Shown piece after piece: positions 17,821-36,957 of a DNA stretch of 64,000 nucleotides. Below the pieces are notes generated by a model. The model did not search any database and had not been told where the DNA came from. It saw only the letters and a list, made by a program, of their open reading frames with translations. The stretch is from sequence record SRR20825006_2113; one strand, 5' to 3'. The first letter of the stretch is position 1, and each line of letters starts with the position of its first letter. The translations under genes were made by a program, and so were the position numbers.

Positions 17821-20013
17821 TTGATCATGATTAGCTTTAAAAAATATAAACGTATTTTATTAGGTATTGGAGTTCTACTTCTTTATAGTCAATTAGGTAT
17901 TTCTCAGAGTACTCAAGCAACGTGGATCTGGTATCCTGGGGATTTTGAGATTGATTTAGCTAATAAAATGCAAAACCGCCGCACCGAACGTGGTGCTTTT
18001 TTCCCTGTTTTCTGGAAAACTGATAGTCACTATAATTTAGTTGATTTTCATAAGGTGTTTGATTTGTCTCAGCCTGAAGAAGTAACTATAGCTGTAGAGG
18101 GAACCTATAATATCAAAATAGATGGAAAAGCCATTGCTGGCTTTCCAAAGACAATTACTATACCTAAGGGACATCATAAATTGAGTCTTAAAGTATACAA
18201 TCAAGCACATGTACCTACGATCTACATTAATGGTCGAACTGTAAAAACTGATTCTAGTTGGCTAGTTACTTTTGAGGACAAAGAGTGGATCGACCAAAGC
18301 GGAAAAGTATCGGATCAGTCGGGAACCACTTGGTTGAATGCAGGTTCTGCAAATTTAAATGAAATTACAGATTTACCTTCACAATATGCGTTACCGGTAA
18401 AACTGTTGAAACCAATTCAATCTGAAGTCCAACAAGATGGAATACTCTATGATTTCGGAAAGGAAACTTTTGGTTTTTTAAAACTACTTGGAGTGCAGGG
18501 TCAAGGTCAAGTAGCTATCTATTATGGTGAATCTAAAGAGGAAGCCCTTTCTACTTCCCACTGTGAAACATTGGATCAGATAGAGATTCAGAACAGCATA
18601 CCGCGTGATCATACCTTGAATTTATCTAAAGCCTTTAGATATGTATATGTAGTTCCTTCAAATGGAGTACAACTGGATTCTATAGCCATGGATTTTGAAT
18701 ATGCACCACTTGAAGATAAAGGAAATTTCATCTGCTCTGATGCGCAAGTCAATGAGATCTATGAGGTAGCTAAGTATACCTTTCATCTTACTGCGCGTGA
18801 ATTTTTTATCGATGGAATTAAGCGTGATCGTTGGATCTGGAGTGGTGATGCCAATCAAAGTTATTTAATGAATTACTACCTAACCAATGACTCCCCAACG
18901 GTAGAGCGTACTATGATAGCCTTACGGGGAAAAGACCCAGTAACAGCACATATAAATACCATAATGGATTACTCGCTGTATTGGTTTTTGTCGATTTATG
19001 ATTATTACCTCTATAGTGGAGATCCTTCATTTATAAAACAATTTTATCCACGGATGAAATCGCTCATGACATACTGCTTATCACGTCGGGATCAAAATGG
19101 AATGCTTCAAGGACTTGCCGGGGATTGGGTATTTATAGATTGGGCAGAGGGTCTTAGTAAAGAAGGTGCAGTAAGTTTTGAGCAAGTTTTGTTTGCACGC
19201 AGCTTAGAAGCGATGGCATTATGTGCAGAGATAGCTAACTATCCAAATGAAGCGTTGGAATATCAAGAAATGGCAGAAACTCTTAAATCTAAAATCTTTG
19301 ATATGTATTGGAATTCAGAAAAAGGTGCTCTAGTACACAATGCTATCAGTGGTAAGCCTACAGATCACGTCACACGCTATGCCAATATGTTTGGAATTTT
19401 CTTCGATTACTTCAACGAAGACCAAAAGTTACAGGTTAAAAATAAAGTCCTCTTAAATGCTGATGTGCCCAAGATTGTAACTCCGTATATGCGATTTTAT
19501 GAGTTGGAAGCACTTTGTGCTATGAATGAACAAGCCTATGTTTTAGATCAAATAAAATCCTATTGGGGTGGTATGTTAGAATTGGGAGCAACTTCATTTT
19601 GGGAAGAATATAATCCAGATAAAAAGGGTATCGAACATTTAGAGATGTATGGTAGACCTTTTGGTAAAAGCTTATGTCACGCTTGGGGAGCGAGTCCAAT
19701 TTACTTGCTCGGAAAATACTTCCTAGGTGTAAAGCCTGTCAATCCAGGGTATACTACTTATCAAGTAAAACCGCAATTGGGTGGACTACAATGGATGGAG
19801 GGTACGGTTCCTACTCCAAATGGCCAAATCAATATCTATTGCTCTTCCAAAGAGATTAAAGTAAGAGCAGATGAGGGTATAGGGACATTATATATTAACA
19901 GTGTCAATAAGCCGAAGACCAATACGGGTCAAATAGTACACTTAGGGGGCGACAATTACACCCTTGAGCTTCGCCCGAACACCAACTATTTAATTAAATA
20001 TAAAGCGCTATAA
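17821..20013 (+). CDS. GH78 alpha-L-rhamnosidase (start may be ATG 17827)
   Basis: DFGKETFG, DGIKRDRWIWSGD, GATSFWE, SLCHAWGASP; signal peptide. Confidence 0.88.
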   Translation: MIMISFKKYKRILLGIGVLLLYSQLGISQSTQATWIWYPGDFEIDLANKMQNRRTERGAFFPVFWKTDSHYNLVDFHKVFDLSQPEEVTIAVEGTYNIKIDGKAIAGFPKTITIPKGHHKLSLKVYNQAHVPTIYINGRTVKTDSSWLVTFEDKEWIDQSGKVSDQSGTTWLNAGSANLNEITDLPSQYALPVKLLKPIQSEVQQDGILYDFGKETFGFLKLLGVQGQGQVAIYYGESKEEALSTSHCETLDQIEIQNSIPRDHTLNLSKAFRYVYVVPSNGVQLDSIAMDFEYAPLEDKGNFICSDAQVNEIYEVAKYTFHLTAREFFIDGIKRDRWIWSGDANQSYLMNYYLTNDSPTVERTMIALRGKDPVTAHINTIMDYSLYWFLSIYDYYLYSGDPSFIKQFYPRMKSLMTYCLSRRDQNGMLQGLAGDWVFIDWAEGLSKEGAVSFEQVLFARSLEAMALCAEIANYPNEALEYQEMAETLKSKIFDMYWNSEKGALVHNAISGKPTDHVTRYANMFGIFFDYFNEDQKLQVKNKVLLNADVPKIVTPYMRFYELEALCAMNEQAYVLDQIKSYWGGMLELGATSFWEEYNPDKKGIEHLEMYGRPFGKSLCHAWGASPIYLLGKYFLGVKPVNPGYTTYQVKPQLGGLQWMEGTVPTPNGQINIYCSSKEIKVRADEGIGTLYINSVNKPKTNTGQIVHLGGDNYTLELRPNTNYLIKYKAL

Positions 20014-20020
20014 ACCTACT

Positions 20021-22882
20021 ATGAAGCTAATTCAAAATTACCTAAGACTTTTATTCGTATTAATGTGCTTGTCAGTGGTACACGCTCAGGATACCCAAAT
20101 TCAGTTTTTATCAGGAACTGGGTATCAAGATACCAAAGATTGGGAATTTAAGATTTCTAAGGGACGTAATAGTGACAAGTGGTCAACTATAGGTGTACCT
20201 TCAGTATGGGAGCAGGAAGGTTTTGGAAAGTATCAATATGGAATAAAATTTTATGGTAAGCCTTTTCCTGATGGTATTGCAGACGAAGTAGGAATGTATA
20301 AATATGCTTTTGAAGTTCCCAAAAATTGGGAAAATAAAAGGGTGAATATTGTCTTTGATGGGGTCATGACCGATGCTGAAGTTCAAATTAATGGACGTTC
20401 CGCTGGAGCGGTTCATCAAGGTGGTTTCTACCGATTTAAATATGATATAACGGATCTATTAGAATTTGGTAAATCTAATTTACTTGAGGTTACTGTTAGT
20501 AAAGAATCTAAAAATGCGAGTGTAAACCTTGCAGAACGCAGAGCAGATTATTGGAATTTTGGAGGAATTTTTAGACCGGTTTTTTTAGAAGCATTACCAG
20601 CGACTCACATAGCGCGTAGTGCCTTACGAGCGGAAGCTGATGGTACTTTTGAGGCAGCTGTTTTTTTAGGAAATGGCACTCAGGGACTAGCAGCACAGGT
20701 TAGTATTTATGAGAAATCAGGTAAAAAGATTGGCAAAACACTATCCGGTCAACTTGCTGACGGGAGTGATAAAATTCTGCTGTCTGGAAGCTTTGAAAAT
20801 ATAAAAACGTGGACTTCTGAAACACCCAATTTATATGAAGTAAGAATTGAACTTTTAAAGGATGAGAAGGTTATTCACAAGATTAACGAGACAATAGGAT
20901 TCAGGACCATAGAAATAAAAAAAGGGGATGGGATCTATGTTAATGGCACACGTGTGTTGATGAAAGGTATCAATAGGCATAGTTTCTGGCCTGAATCTGG
21001 ACGTACCTTGAATAAGCAGCTTAATTATGATGACGCTCGCCTTATTAAAGAGATGAATATGAATGCTGTACGATTGTCACACTATCCTCCAGATCCTGAA
21101 TTTTTAGCAGCTTGCGATGAATTAGGCTTGTATGTGATGGACGAATTAGGGGGTTGGCACGGACATTATGATGATGCTGTCGGAAAAAAACTTGTCAGAG
21201 AAACAGTAATTCGAGACCTAAATCATCCTAGCATTATTTTTTGGTCAAATGGTAATGAAGGAGGATGGAATACAAATTTAGATGATCAATTTGCTATTTG
21301 GGATATTCAAAATAGACCAGTACTGCATCCACAGCAAGAATTAAATGGGGTTGAAACCATGCATTATCGCTCCTACGGAGAAACTTTAGAGTATTTAAGA
21401 GGGGATCATATTTTTATGCCTACTGAGTATTTGCATGGTCTGTATGATGGTGGGCATGGAGCCGGATTTGATGATTATTGGGAAGTATTGCGCAATCATC
21501 CTCGAAGCGGAGGAGGTTATTTGTGGGTTTTTGCTGATGAAGGCGTTGCTCGAACAGATCAAGATGGACGAATTGATAACCAAGGAAATTTTGGAGCGGA
21601 TGGTATAGTTGGACCTCACCACGAAAAAGAAGGTAGTTTTTTTACTGTAAAAGAAGTATGGTCCCCAGTAATGATCACGACACCACATAAGCTTACACAA
21701 GACTTTAATGGCGAATTTGATATTGAGAATAGATATTTTTTTACTGATTTATCAGAATGTAGAGTTGAGTGGGAATTAGCAAATTTTGCAAAGCCTGATG
21801 ATGCTCAAATTGGACATATATCAATCCAAAAAAATACGGTTGAGAATTTTCAGTTACCCCCCCAAACTACCGGAAAACTGAAAATAAATTTACCTAAAGA
21901 CTGGAAGAAGGCAGATGTACTTTATTTGAAAGTTATCGATTCTCAGGGAAAAGAGTTATGGACTTGGAGTTATACTTGGGATAAGGAATCTCAACTTCCT
22001 ACGAGCACCTTGTCGAGTACGCCTACTTTAGTAGAGACTGAAGCATTGTATCAAGTTACTGCTTCTCAAACGGTTTTAAAATTTACTAAGCATGATGGAA
22101 AATTAGCTAGTGTTACTCAGGCAGGAAAAACAATAGGTTTTAAAAACGGTCCTCAGATTATAATGGCGCGTCGTGGAGATCGAACATTAGATGGTACAAT
22201 TAATCCAGATTTTGAAAAAGGAGAGGACCGTATCTACAAAGAATTTGCTTGTATTGACGAAGAAGTAAACTGCTCGGAAAGTTTAATTAACCTAACGGCT
22301 AAAAAGGTTGAGAATTTGATAAAAATTGAAGCCTCTTATCACGGCATTCTACAAAAGGTACTATGGACAATACATCCCGACGGCCTATTGCAAATGGATT
22401 ATGAATATGAATATAATGGTGTGACAGAGTTAGCCGGTATTTACTTTGATTATCCTGAATCAATGATGCGCTCTAAAAAATGGCTAGGTGCAGGCCCTTA
22501 TCGTGTTTGGCAAAATAGATTAAAGGGAACAACACTAGATGTTTGGGAAAATGAATACAACGATCCTATACCAGGAGAGTCCTTCAATTATCCTGAATTT
22601 AAGGGGTATTTTAGAGACTGGCAATGGGCTCAATTTAAAACTACCGAAGGTACGATAGAGCTATTTAACAAATCTTCAGATACTTACTTAGGTGTTTATT
22701 CACCTCGTGATGGCAGAGATGCCTTATTGTATACACTTCCACAAACAGGTATTGCGGTATTTGACGTTATTCCTGCTGTGCGTAATAAAGTTAATGCTAC
22801 AGATTTAGTTGGACCTTCTTCGCAACCAAGATGGCTTCACGGAACACAGCGCCACACGCTTTATTTAAAATTCAAAAACTAA
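20021..22882 (+). CDS. GH2 glycosidase (beta-galactosidase/glucuronidase type)
   Basis: DYWNFGGIFRPV, KGINRH, NAVRLSHYP, NHPSIIFWSNGNE; signal peptide. Confidence 0.9.
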   Translation: MKLIQNYLRLLFVLMCLSVVHAQDTQIQFLSGTGYQDTKDWEFKISKGRNSDKWSTIGVPSVWEQEGFGKYQYGIKFYGKPFPDGIADEVGMYKYAFEVPKNWENKRVNIVFDGVMTDAEVQINGRSAGAVHQGGFYRFKYDITDLLEFGKSNLLEVTVSKESKNASVNLAERRADYWNFGGIFRPVFLEALPATHIARSALRAEADGTFEAAVFLGNGTQGLAAQVSIYEKSGKKIGKTLSGQLADGSDKILLSGSFENIKTWTSETPNLYEVRIELLKDEKVIHKINETIGFRTIEIKKGDGIYVNGTRVLMKGINRHSFWPESGRTLNKQLNYDDARLIKEMNMNAVRLSHYPPDPEFLAACDELGLYVMDELGGWHGHYDDAVGKKLVRETVIRDLNHPSIIFWSNGNEGGWNTNLDDQFAIWDIQNRPVLHPQQELNGVETMHYRSYGETLEYLRGDHIFMPTEYLHGLYDGGHGAGFDDYWEVLRNHPRSGGGYLWVFADEGVARTDQDGRIDNQGNFGADGIVGPHHEKEGSFFTVKEVWSPVMITTPHKLTQDFNGEFDIENRYFFTDLSECRVEWELANFAKPDDAQIGHISIQKNTVENFQLPPQTTGKLKINLPKDWKKADVLYLKVIDSQGKELWTWSYTWDKESQLPTSTLSSTPTLVETEALYQVTASQTVLKFTKHDGKLASVTQAGKTIGFKNGPQIIMARRGDRTLDGTINPDFEKGEDRIYKEFACIDEEVNCSESLINLTAKKVENLIKIEASYHGILQKVLWTIHPDGLLQMDYEYEYNGVTELAGIYFDYPESMMRSKKWLGAGPYRVWQNRLKGTTLDVWENEYNDPIPGESFNYPEFKGYFRDWQWAQFKTTEGTIELFNKSSDTYLGVYSPRDGRDALLYTLPQTGIAVFDVIPAVRNKVNATDLVGPSSQPRWLHGTQRHTLYLKFKN

Positions 22883-22886
22883 CAGA

Positions 22887-30692
<7,806 letters not shown>

Positions 30693-30696
<4 letters not shown>

Positions 30697-32135
30697 AAAT
30701 TAAAACGAATGTAACACTAATATTCCTTTCAGTTTTTAGTTTTTTTACAGCTAAAGCTGAATTGAAACTGTCTGCAGTTTTTTCAGATCATATGGTTTTA
30801 CAACAACAAATGGAGGCGCCAATATGGGGTTGGTCTTCTAGTAATGCAAGAATACAAATTAAACCTTCCTGGACAACCCAAACTTTTGATGCTAAGGTGA
30901 GTGATGGGGTTTGGAAAACAACCATTACAACGCCTGCGGCAGGAGGGGCCTATTCAATAACCATCCAGCAAGGTAGTGAAGTGTTAACTTTAATTGATGT
31001 CCTTATTGGAGAGGTCTGGCTATGTTCAGGACAATCTAATATGGAAATGCCACTCAAAGGATTTTCCGGTCAGCCGGTCGAGGGCGGAAATAATCAAATT
31101 GTTCGTGCTAACAATAATCAACTTAGACTTTTTACTGTGCCTCGCGCAACTACCCTGAAACCACAATCTGATCTTGTGGGAAATTGGCAAGAAGCAAAGC
31201 CAAGTACTGCAGCTAACTTTAGTGCAACAGCTTGGTATTTTGGAACCTTACTTCAGGATGTTTTAGATGTACCTGTAGGTTTGATCCATGTTGCCTATGG
31301 TGGTTCTAATGTTGAAGCTTGGATGAATGCAGAGATGCTTAAAGATTTTAGAGAAGTAGCACTACCTCTAACAGACCAAGATTTAGAGAAAGATCCCAAT
31401 CGAGTGCCTACGACACTTTACAATGGAATGTTATCGCCTATAATAGGCTATGGCATAAAAGGTTGTATTTGGTATCAAGGCGAATCTAATTATGAGCGTC
31501 CATTTACTTATCAAGCTTTGTTCGAAACGATGGTAAAGGGCTGGAGAGGACTATGGAATCAAGGTGATTTCCCATTTTATTTTGCACAAATAGCACCGTT
31601 TAATTATAAGCAATTTCATCCTGAAGATGCTTTAAATAAATATAACTCAGCTTACTTAAGAGAAGCACAAATAAAAGCTTCTAAGAGCATTTCAAATGCA
31701 GGTATTGCTATTTTGATGGATGTAGGTGAAAAAAATAATATACATCCCAAGCTTAAAAAGCAAGGTGGCGAACGTTTAGCATATTTAGCATTAGCTAAGA
31801 CTTATGATATTACCGGGTTTGAATTTGAAAGTCCTGAATTTAATGCTTTGGAAATTAATGATGATAAAGTCACGGTTTCTTTCAATAACGTACCTAACGG
31901 AATCACAGCCTATGATAAAGAAATAAAAGGATTTGAAATTGCTGGAGATGATAAAGTATTTTACCCAGCAGAAGTAATTCTTAGAAGAAAGTCGGTTATT
32001 CTATCTTCATCGAAAGTAAAGCGCCCAATAGCCGTACGATATCTTTTTAAAGATTTCGCTCAAGCTGAACTATTTAGCACGGGCGGGCTCCCTATATCTT
32101 CTTTTAGATCGGATTCTTGGAACCCTGATAATTAA
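30693..32135 (+). CDS. Sialate O-acetylesterase-like (SASA/SGNH) carbohydrate acetylesterase
   Basis: DHMVLQQ, GEVWLCSGQSNME, WYQGESN, NIHP. Confidence 0.9.
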
Positions 32136-32149
32136 AAACGAAGGTAGCT

Positions 32150-34471
32150 TTGAAGCAATTGATCATCTCTATATTACTAGGTGTTACTTGGATTATTCAA
32201 GCACAGGTTCCAGGGCTCGATGATTATAATCAGAAATGGTATACTCAAAGTAAAAACTCATCAGAATCAATGCCTTTAGGAGGAGGTGATATTGGTCTAA
32301 ATGTCTGGGTAGAAAATAATGATATTTTCTTCTATCTTTCAAAAAGCGGCACTTTTGATGAACACAACACGTTGCTAAAGTTGGGACGCGTAAAAGTACA
32401 TCTTGATCCCAATCCATTCAAAAACAAAGGGGGTTTTAAGCAAGAGCTGTTTTTACGCGATGGTTACATTAGCATTAGTCAAGGAGAAACGCTAGTAAAT
32501 TTATGGGTAGATGTTTATCAACCTATTATTCATGTAGATGTCAAAAGTGATACACCTATTGCTACGTCCATTTCGTATGAATCTTGGCGTTACACAAACC
32601 GAAGAACTGTTGGTAAGGAGAACAATGCCAACTCTTATAAATGGGCTCCTCAAGGTCCTATCCAAACCTACGCAGATTCCATATCATTCAGAGATAATCG
32701 CATAGAATTTTTTCATCATAATCAGGAACGTACTGTTTTCGATGTAGCTGTTAAACAGCAAAAGCTAGAAGGCGTAAAGGACTCCCTCTTTAATCCTTTA
32801 AAATATTTAATCTTTGGAGGAACTATAAGTGGTGATGGTTTTAGGCCAGTGGGTACCTATATAGGAAAATATAGCAATACAGATTTTAAAGGATATACAC
32901 TTAAAAGTATTAAAGCTTCTAGAGCACATCACGTTCAAATAAGCTTACACACCCAGCAGACTAATGATATCAAAACCTGGCGCGCTGTTTTAAATCAACT
33001 AGAGGCACAAAGTAATCGCAATCATAAAACCAGTATTACCTGGTGGAATCAATTTTGGGATCGAAGCTTTATAAATACCGGGAATTTAAAACAAAACAAT
33101 CAAGACACTTTATATCAATTAGGTCAAAATTATCAGTTGTTTCGTTTTATGCTTGGAGCTAATGCATATGGAAAATATCCCACTAAGTTTAATGGTGGAC
33201 TTTTTACATTCGACCCTGTATTGACAGACACCCTAGCTACATATACACCAGATTTTAGAAATTGGGGAGGTGGTACAATGACCGCACAAAATCAACGATT
33301 AGTCTATTGGCCGATGCTTAAGAGTGGTGATTTTGACATGTTAGATGCACAACTGGATTATTATTTGAGCTTACAAAAAAATGCAGAACTAAGGAGCAAA
33401 GTTTATTGGGCACATAGTGGTGCAGCATTTACTGAACAACTTGAGAATTTCGGGTTACCAAACCCTGCGGAATATGGATGGGAACGGCCAAAAGATTTTG
33501 ATCCGGGAATGCAATATAATGCTTGGTTAGAATACGAATGGGATACCGTATTTGAATTTTGTGATATGATGTTGTCTTTAAAAGCGTATAATCATCAAGA
33601 GATTAAAAAGTATACACAATTTATACTTAGTTGTATTCAATTTTTTGATGAACATTATCAGTACATCGCTAGAAAGCGTGGGCGAAAAGCTTTGAACGAC
33701 AAGGGACATTTAATACTGTATCCAGGATCGGCCGCAGAGACCTATAAAATGACGTATAATGCTAATAGCACAATAGCAGCATTAAAAACAATTGTAAATA
33801 AACTAAAGGTTTATGGGAATACTATTCTAGATGCTAAAACACTAGAGTATTTAATGGAAGTTGAATCTAGGATCCCTCCACTCAATTATAGAATACAACA
33901 AGGTTATAAGACTCTTGCACCCGCACAATCGTGGGAACGAATAAATAATACTGAAGCTCCTCAACTTTATCCGGTATATCCCTGGAAGATTTTTAAAATA
34001 GGTAGTTCTGATTTAAACATAGCTCAGAATACTTTTTTCTATGATGAAGATGTTGTACGATTTCGAGATTATAAGGGTTGGAAACAGGATCTAATTTTTG
34101 CTGCACGGCTTGGACTAACTCAGGAAGCTGCTGCGCTAACCTCAAAGAAATTGGCTAATTCAGGGCGGCGTTTCCCTGCGTTTTGGGGACCAGGTTTTGA
34201 CTGGGTTCCTGATCACAATTGGGGAGGGAGCGGAATGATTGGTCTTCAAGAAATGCTCTTACAAACTAATGAAAACAAGATTTTTCTATTTCCAGCTTGG
34301 CCAAAGCATTGGGATGTACACTTTAAACTTCATTGCGATAATGCAACGACTGTGGAAGCCAAATTGGTTAATGGTGAAATGGAATTTTTAAAAGTTACGC
34401 CTTCAGAGCGAGCAAAAGATGTTATCAGCCTTCTAAAGTATTCAAATACAGATAAACTAAATATCCACTAA
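32150..34471 (+). CDS. GH139-like (DUF5703) alpha-2-O-methyl-L-fucosidase (TTG start)
   Basis: SESMPLGGGDIGLNVW, PTKFNGGLFT, FWGPGFDWVPDHNWGG; resembles BT0984 (recalled); RG-II context. Confidence 0.72.
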   Translation: MKQLIISILLGVTWIIQAQVPGLDDYNQKWYTQSKNSSESMPLGGGDIGLNVWVENNDIFFYLSKSGTFDEHNTLLKLGRVKVHLDPNPFKNKGGFKQELFLRDGYISISQGETLVNLWVDVYQPIIHVDVKSDTPIATSISYESWRYTNRRTVGKENNANSYKWAPQGPIQTYADSISFRDNRIEFFHHNQERTVFDVAVKQQKLEGVKDSLFNPLKYLIFGGTISGDGFRPVGTYIGKYSNTDFKGYTLKSIKASRAHHVQISLHTQQTNDIKTWRAVLNQLEAQSNRNHKTSITWWNQFWDRSFINTGNLKQNNQDTLYQLGQNYQLFRFMLGANAYGKYPTKFNGGLFTFDPVLTDTLATYTPDFRNWGGGTMTAQNQRLVYWPMLKSGDFDMLDAQLDYYLSLQKNAELRSKVYWAHSGAAFTEQLENFGLPNPAEYGWERPKDFDPGMQYNAWLEYEWDTVFEFCDMMLSLKAYNHQEIKKYTQFILSCIQFFDEHYQYIARKRGRKALNDKGHLILYPGSAAETYKMTYNANSTIAALKTIVNKLKVYGNTILDAKTLEYLMEVESRIPPLNYRIQQGYKTLAPAQSWERINNTEAPQLYPVYPWKIFKIGSSDLNIAQNTFFYDEDVVRFRDYKGWKQDLIFAARLGLTQEAAALTSKKLANSGRRFPAFWGPGFDWVPDHNWGGSGMIGLQEMLLQTNENKIFLFPAWPKHWDVHFKLHCDNATTVEAKLVNGEMEFLKVTPSERAKDVISLLKYSNTDKLNIH

Positions 34472-34478
34472 AATATTA

Positions 34479-36944
34479 ATGATGAACTTGAACTCAATTT
34501 ATTTTAAAAAAATTACTGTATTTATTTTGGTGCTCATTACCATGAGTTGTCAAAGGGAGCATAAGCAATCTGTGAAGCAGCCAATTAAAATTGATCTAGA
34601 TTTTGGCGGAAGAAAAATTCAAGAGGTAAACGATCCCAATTATGTATCTTGGATGGTTACCGATGAGTCTAGCTATACCTTTATGTCTGATTCATTGACT
34701 TTTACTATCCAAGGCAATGTGAATTCTTCATGGTATAAAACAGGTATTCAAGCACCTTTCTATGCACGTTTAATAAGTGATGGCATACGCTCTCAACATA
34801 GTATATTTTTAACAATAGAGGGACTCAAAGATGGTACGCATAGTTTTTTAGGTTTTCACAATATACTAGATAATTTAGAAGGAGCTCATCCTACGTCGAT
34901 TGCAATCGTTGCAAACGGAAAGCCTGTTGCGCAGGTGACACCATCGGTTAGAGCAGAGAAAACAAACGAGTCAGGTATTTCTTATTTTAAATTTGAAGCT
35001 AAAGAAGGTAAACCAAGTGTATTGGAATTTAAGAGTATTCAGGCAAAAGACAAATTAGCAAGACTTATACTAAATGGTTTTGAACTCGATACTCCAGACA
35101 TTACAAAGCAAGCTGCAAATCCCTATCCAAAACATAATGACGAACATGTATACAATGATGATGTTTTTAACCTGACTTGGGAATCTCCTGCAAAAACAAA
35201 AAAGAGTTTAGTGTATTTTGGAACGGATCTTAAAGAGATTTCTACGGCTGACACTAATTCAAAATGCTATAAAGGAAGTTTTAAAAAGAATCAATATGAA
35301 GTTGGTAATTTATATAGTAGAAATAGTTACTTCTGGCGTGTAGATACAGTTGATGAAGATGGAGAAGTGACTACCGGAGAAGTATGGTATTTCAAACCAG
35401 CTCAATTAGCATTTAAAGGTGCAGAAGGCTATGGCAGATTTGCTTTAGGAGGCCGTGGAGGTATTGTGGTTCAAGTAACCAATCTTGAAGATAGTGGTCC
35501 CGGCAGTTTACGGCATGCTGTAGAGCAAGTTGAAGGACCACGTACAATTGTCTTCAATACCTCTGGTATCATAAAATTAAAATCTAGATTAGTTGTCAAT
35601 GATCCTTATGTAACAATTGCAGGTCAAACTGCACCAGGTAAAGGTATTATGATTGCCAATGCTCCTATTGGGCTTACGGGTAATGATGGTGTTATTCGAT
35701 TTTTAAATGTCGCTATTGGAGCTGGCCGAACCTATGATGGTATGGGATTAACAGGAGCTAATCATAGTATCATAGATCATAGTTCTATAAGGTGGACCAT
35801 TGATGAATCATTCAGTTCTCGGGGAGCTCACAATATAACGTTACAAAATACTTTAATAGCAGAAGCGCTTAACGTGGCTAATCATGGAAAATACGAAAAA
35901 GGCAAAATGCATGGTTATGCAGCAACAATAGGAGGAGATATTGGAAGTTTTCATCATAATCTATTAGCGCACAATTACGGCAGAAATTGGAGTATGGGAG
36001 GAGGACTTAATGGTGAAGGGTTTTATTCAGGAAGATTGGACATACGCAATAACGTTGTTTATAATTGGGGGCACCGTACCACTGACGGAGGTGCTCACGA
36101 AGTTAACTTTGTAAATAATTACTATAAGCCCGGTGCAGCTTCGGATATTTATTACGCTCTTACCGCTGATCATGAAGGTGTAGGTAAGGGCAGTCAGCGC
36201 TATTATTTTGACGGAAATATAATGCCCGGCTATTTTGGCCTAGATAATCAAGAAGCCGGTCGAAGATCTCGAATTTCAAATAATGAAATTGTAAAATATG
36301 AGACCTTCGTTAATAAGCCTTTTTTTCCTCCTTATATAGAAACGCAAACTGCTGAAGTTGCTTATAAACGCGTTTTGTCTGATGTAGGAGCAAATCAACC
36401 ACAACTTGATAATCACGATAAAAGAATCATTCAAGAAACGCTTAAAGGAACTTTCACCTATAGAGGAAGTAAAAGTGGTATAGCAGGACATATTGACACG
36501 GAAAATGATACTGAAGGCTGGGAGCAGTACCCGGTAATCGAAAGGCCTTTAAACTGGGATTCAGATCAGGATGGTTTACCTGATTGGTGGGAAAAAATAA
36601 ACAACCTAAACATACAAACTCCTGCTAACAATTTCACAGATACGAACATGGATGAAGATGGTGACGGCTTTACGCAGTTAGATGACTATTTAGATTGGAT
36701 GGCGCAGCCACATTTTACAATAGAAGAACAGGAAACTTTACGATTGGAAATCAAACCTTTCTTTGAAGGCTTTACTGACAATCCGCAATATACGACTGAA
36801 GAAGTAGCTCACGGTAAAATTGAAATTAAAGCTGGTTATTTAGAATATACACCAGCTAAGAAAGGCTTAACCTCATTTTACTTGATCGTTAAAGATCAAT
36901 CTGGAGACACTATGAGTAGAAAGATGAACATAAGAGTAAGATAA
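34479..36944 (+). CDS. PL1 pectate lyase, lipoprotein with N- and C-terminal accessory domains
   Basis: AFKGAEGYGRFALGGRGG, DSGPGSLR, TIAGQTAPG, IIDHSS, NNVVYNWG, DSDQDGLPDWWE. Confidence 0.85.
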   Translation: MMNLNSIYFKKITVFILVLITMSCQREHKQSVKQPIKIDLDFGGRKIQEVNDPNYVSWMVTDESSYTFMSDSLTFTIQGNVNSSWYKTGIQAPFYARLISDGIRSQHSIFLTIEGLKDGTHSFLGFHNILDNLEGAHPTSIAIVANGKPVAQVTPSVRAEKTNESGISYFKFEAKEGKPSVLEFKSIQAKDKLARLILNGFELDTPDITKQAANPYPKHNDEHVYNDDVFNLTWESPAKTKKSLVYFGTDLKEISTADTNSKCYKGSFKKNQYEVGNLYSRNSYFWRVDTVDEDGEVTTGEVWYFKPAQLAFKGAEGYGRFALGGRGGIVVQVTNLEDSGPGSLRHAVEQVEGPRTIVFNTSGIIKLKSRLVVNDPYVTIAGQTAPGKGIMIANAPIGLTGNDGVIRFLNVAIGAGRTYDGMGLTGANHSIIDHSSIRWTIDESFSSRGAHNITLQNTLIAEALNVANHGKYEKGKMHGYAATIGGDIGSFHHNLLAHNYGRNWSMGGGLNGEGFYSGRLDIRNNVVYNWGHRTTDGGAHEVNFVNNYYKPGAASDIYYALTADHEGVGKGSQRYYFDGNIMPGYFGLDNQEAGRRSRISNNEIVKYETFVNKPFFPPYIETQTAEVAYKRVLSDVGANQPQLDNHDKRIIQETLKGTFTYRGSKSGIAGHIDTENDTEGWEQYPVIERPLNWDSDQDGLPDWWEKINNLNIQTPANNFTDTNMDEDGDGFTQLDDYLDWMAQPHFTIEEQETLRLEIKPFFEGFTDNPQYTTEEVAHGKIEIKAGYLEYTPAKKGLTSFYLIVKDQSGDTMSRKMNIRVR

Positions 36945-36957
36945 AAGGAATTATATA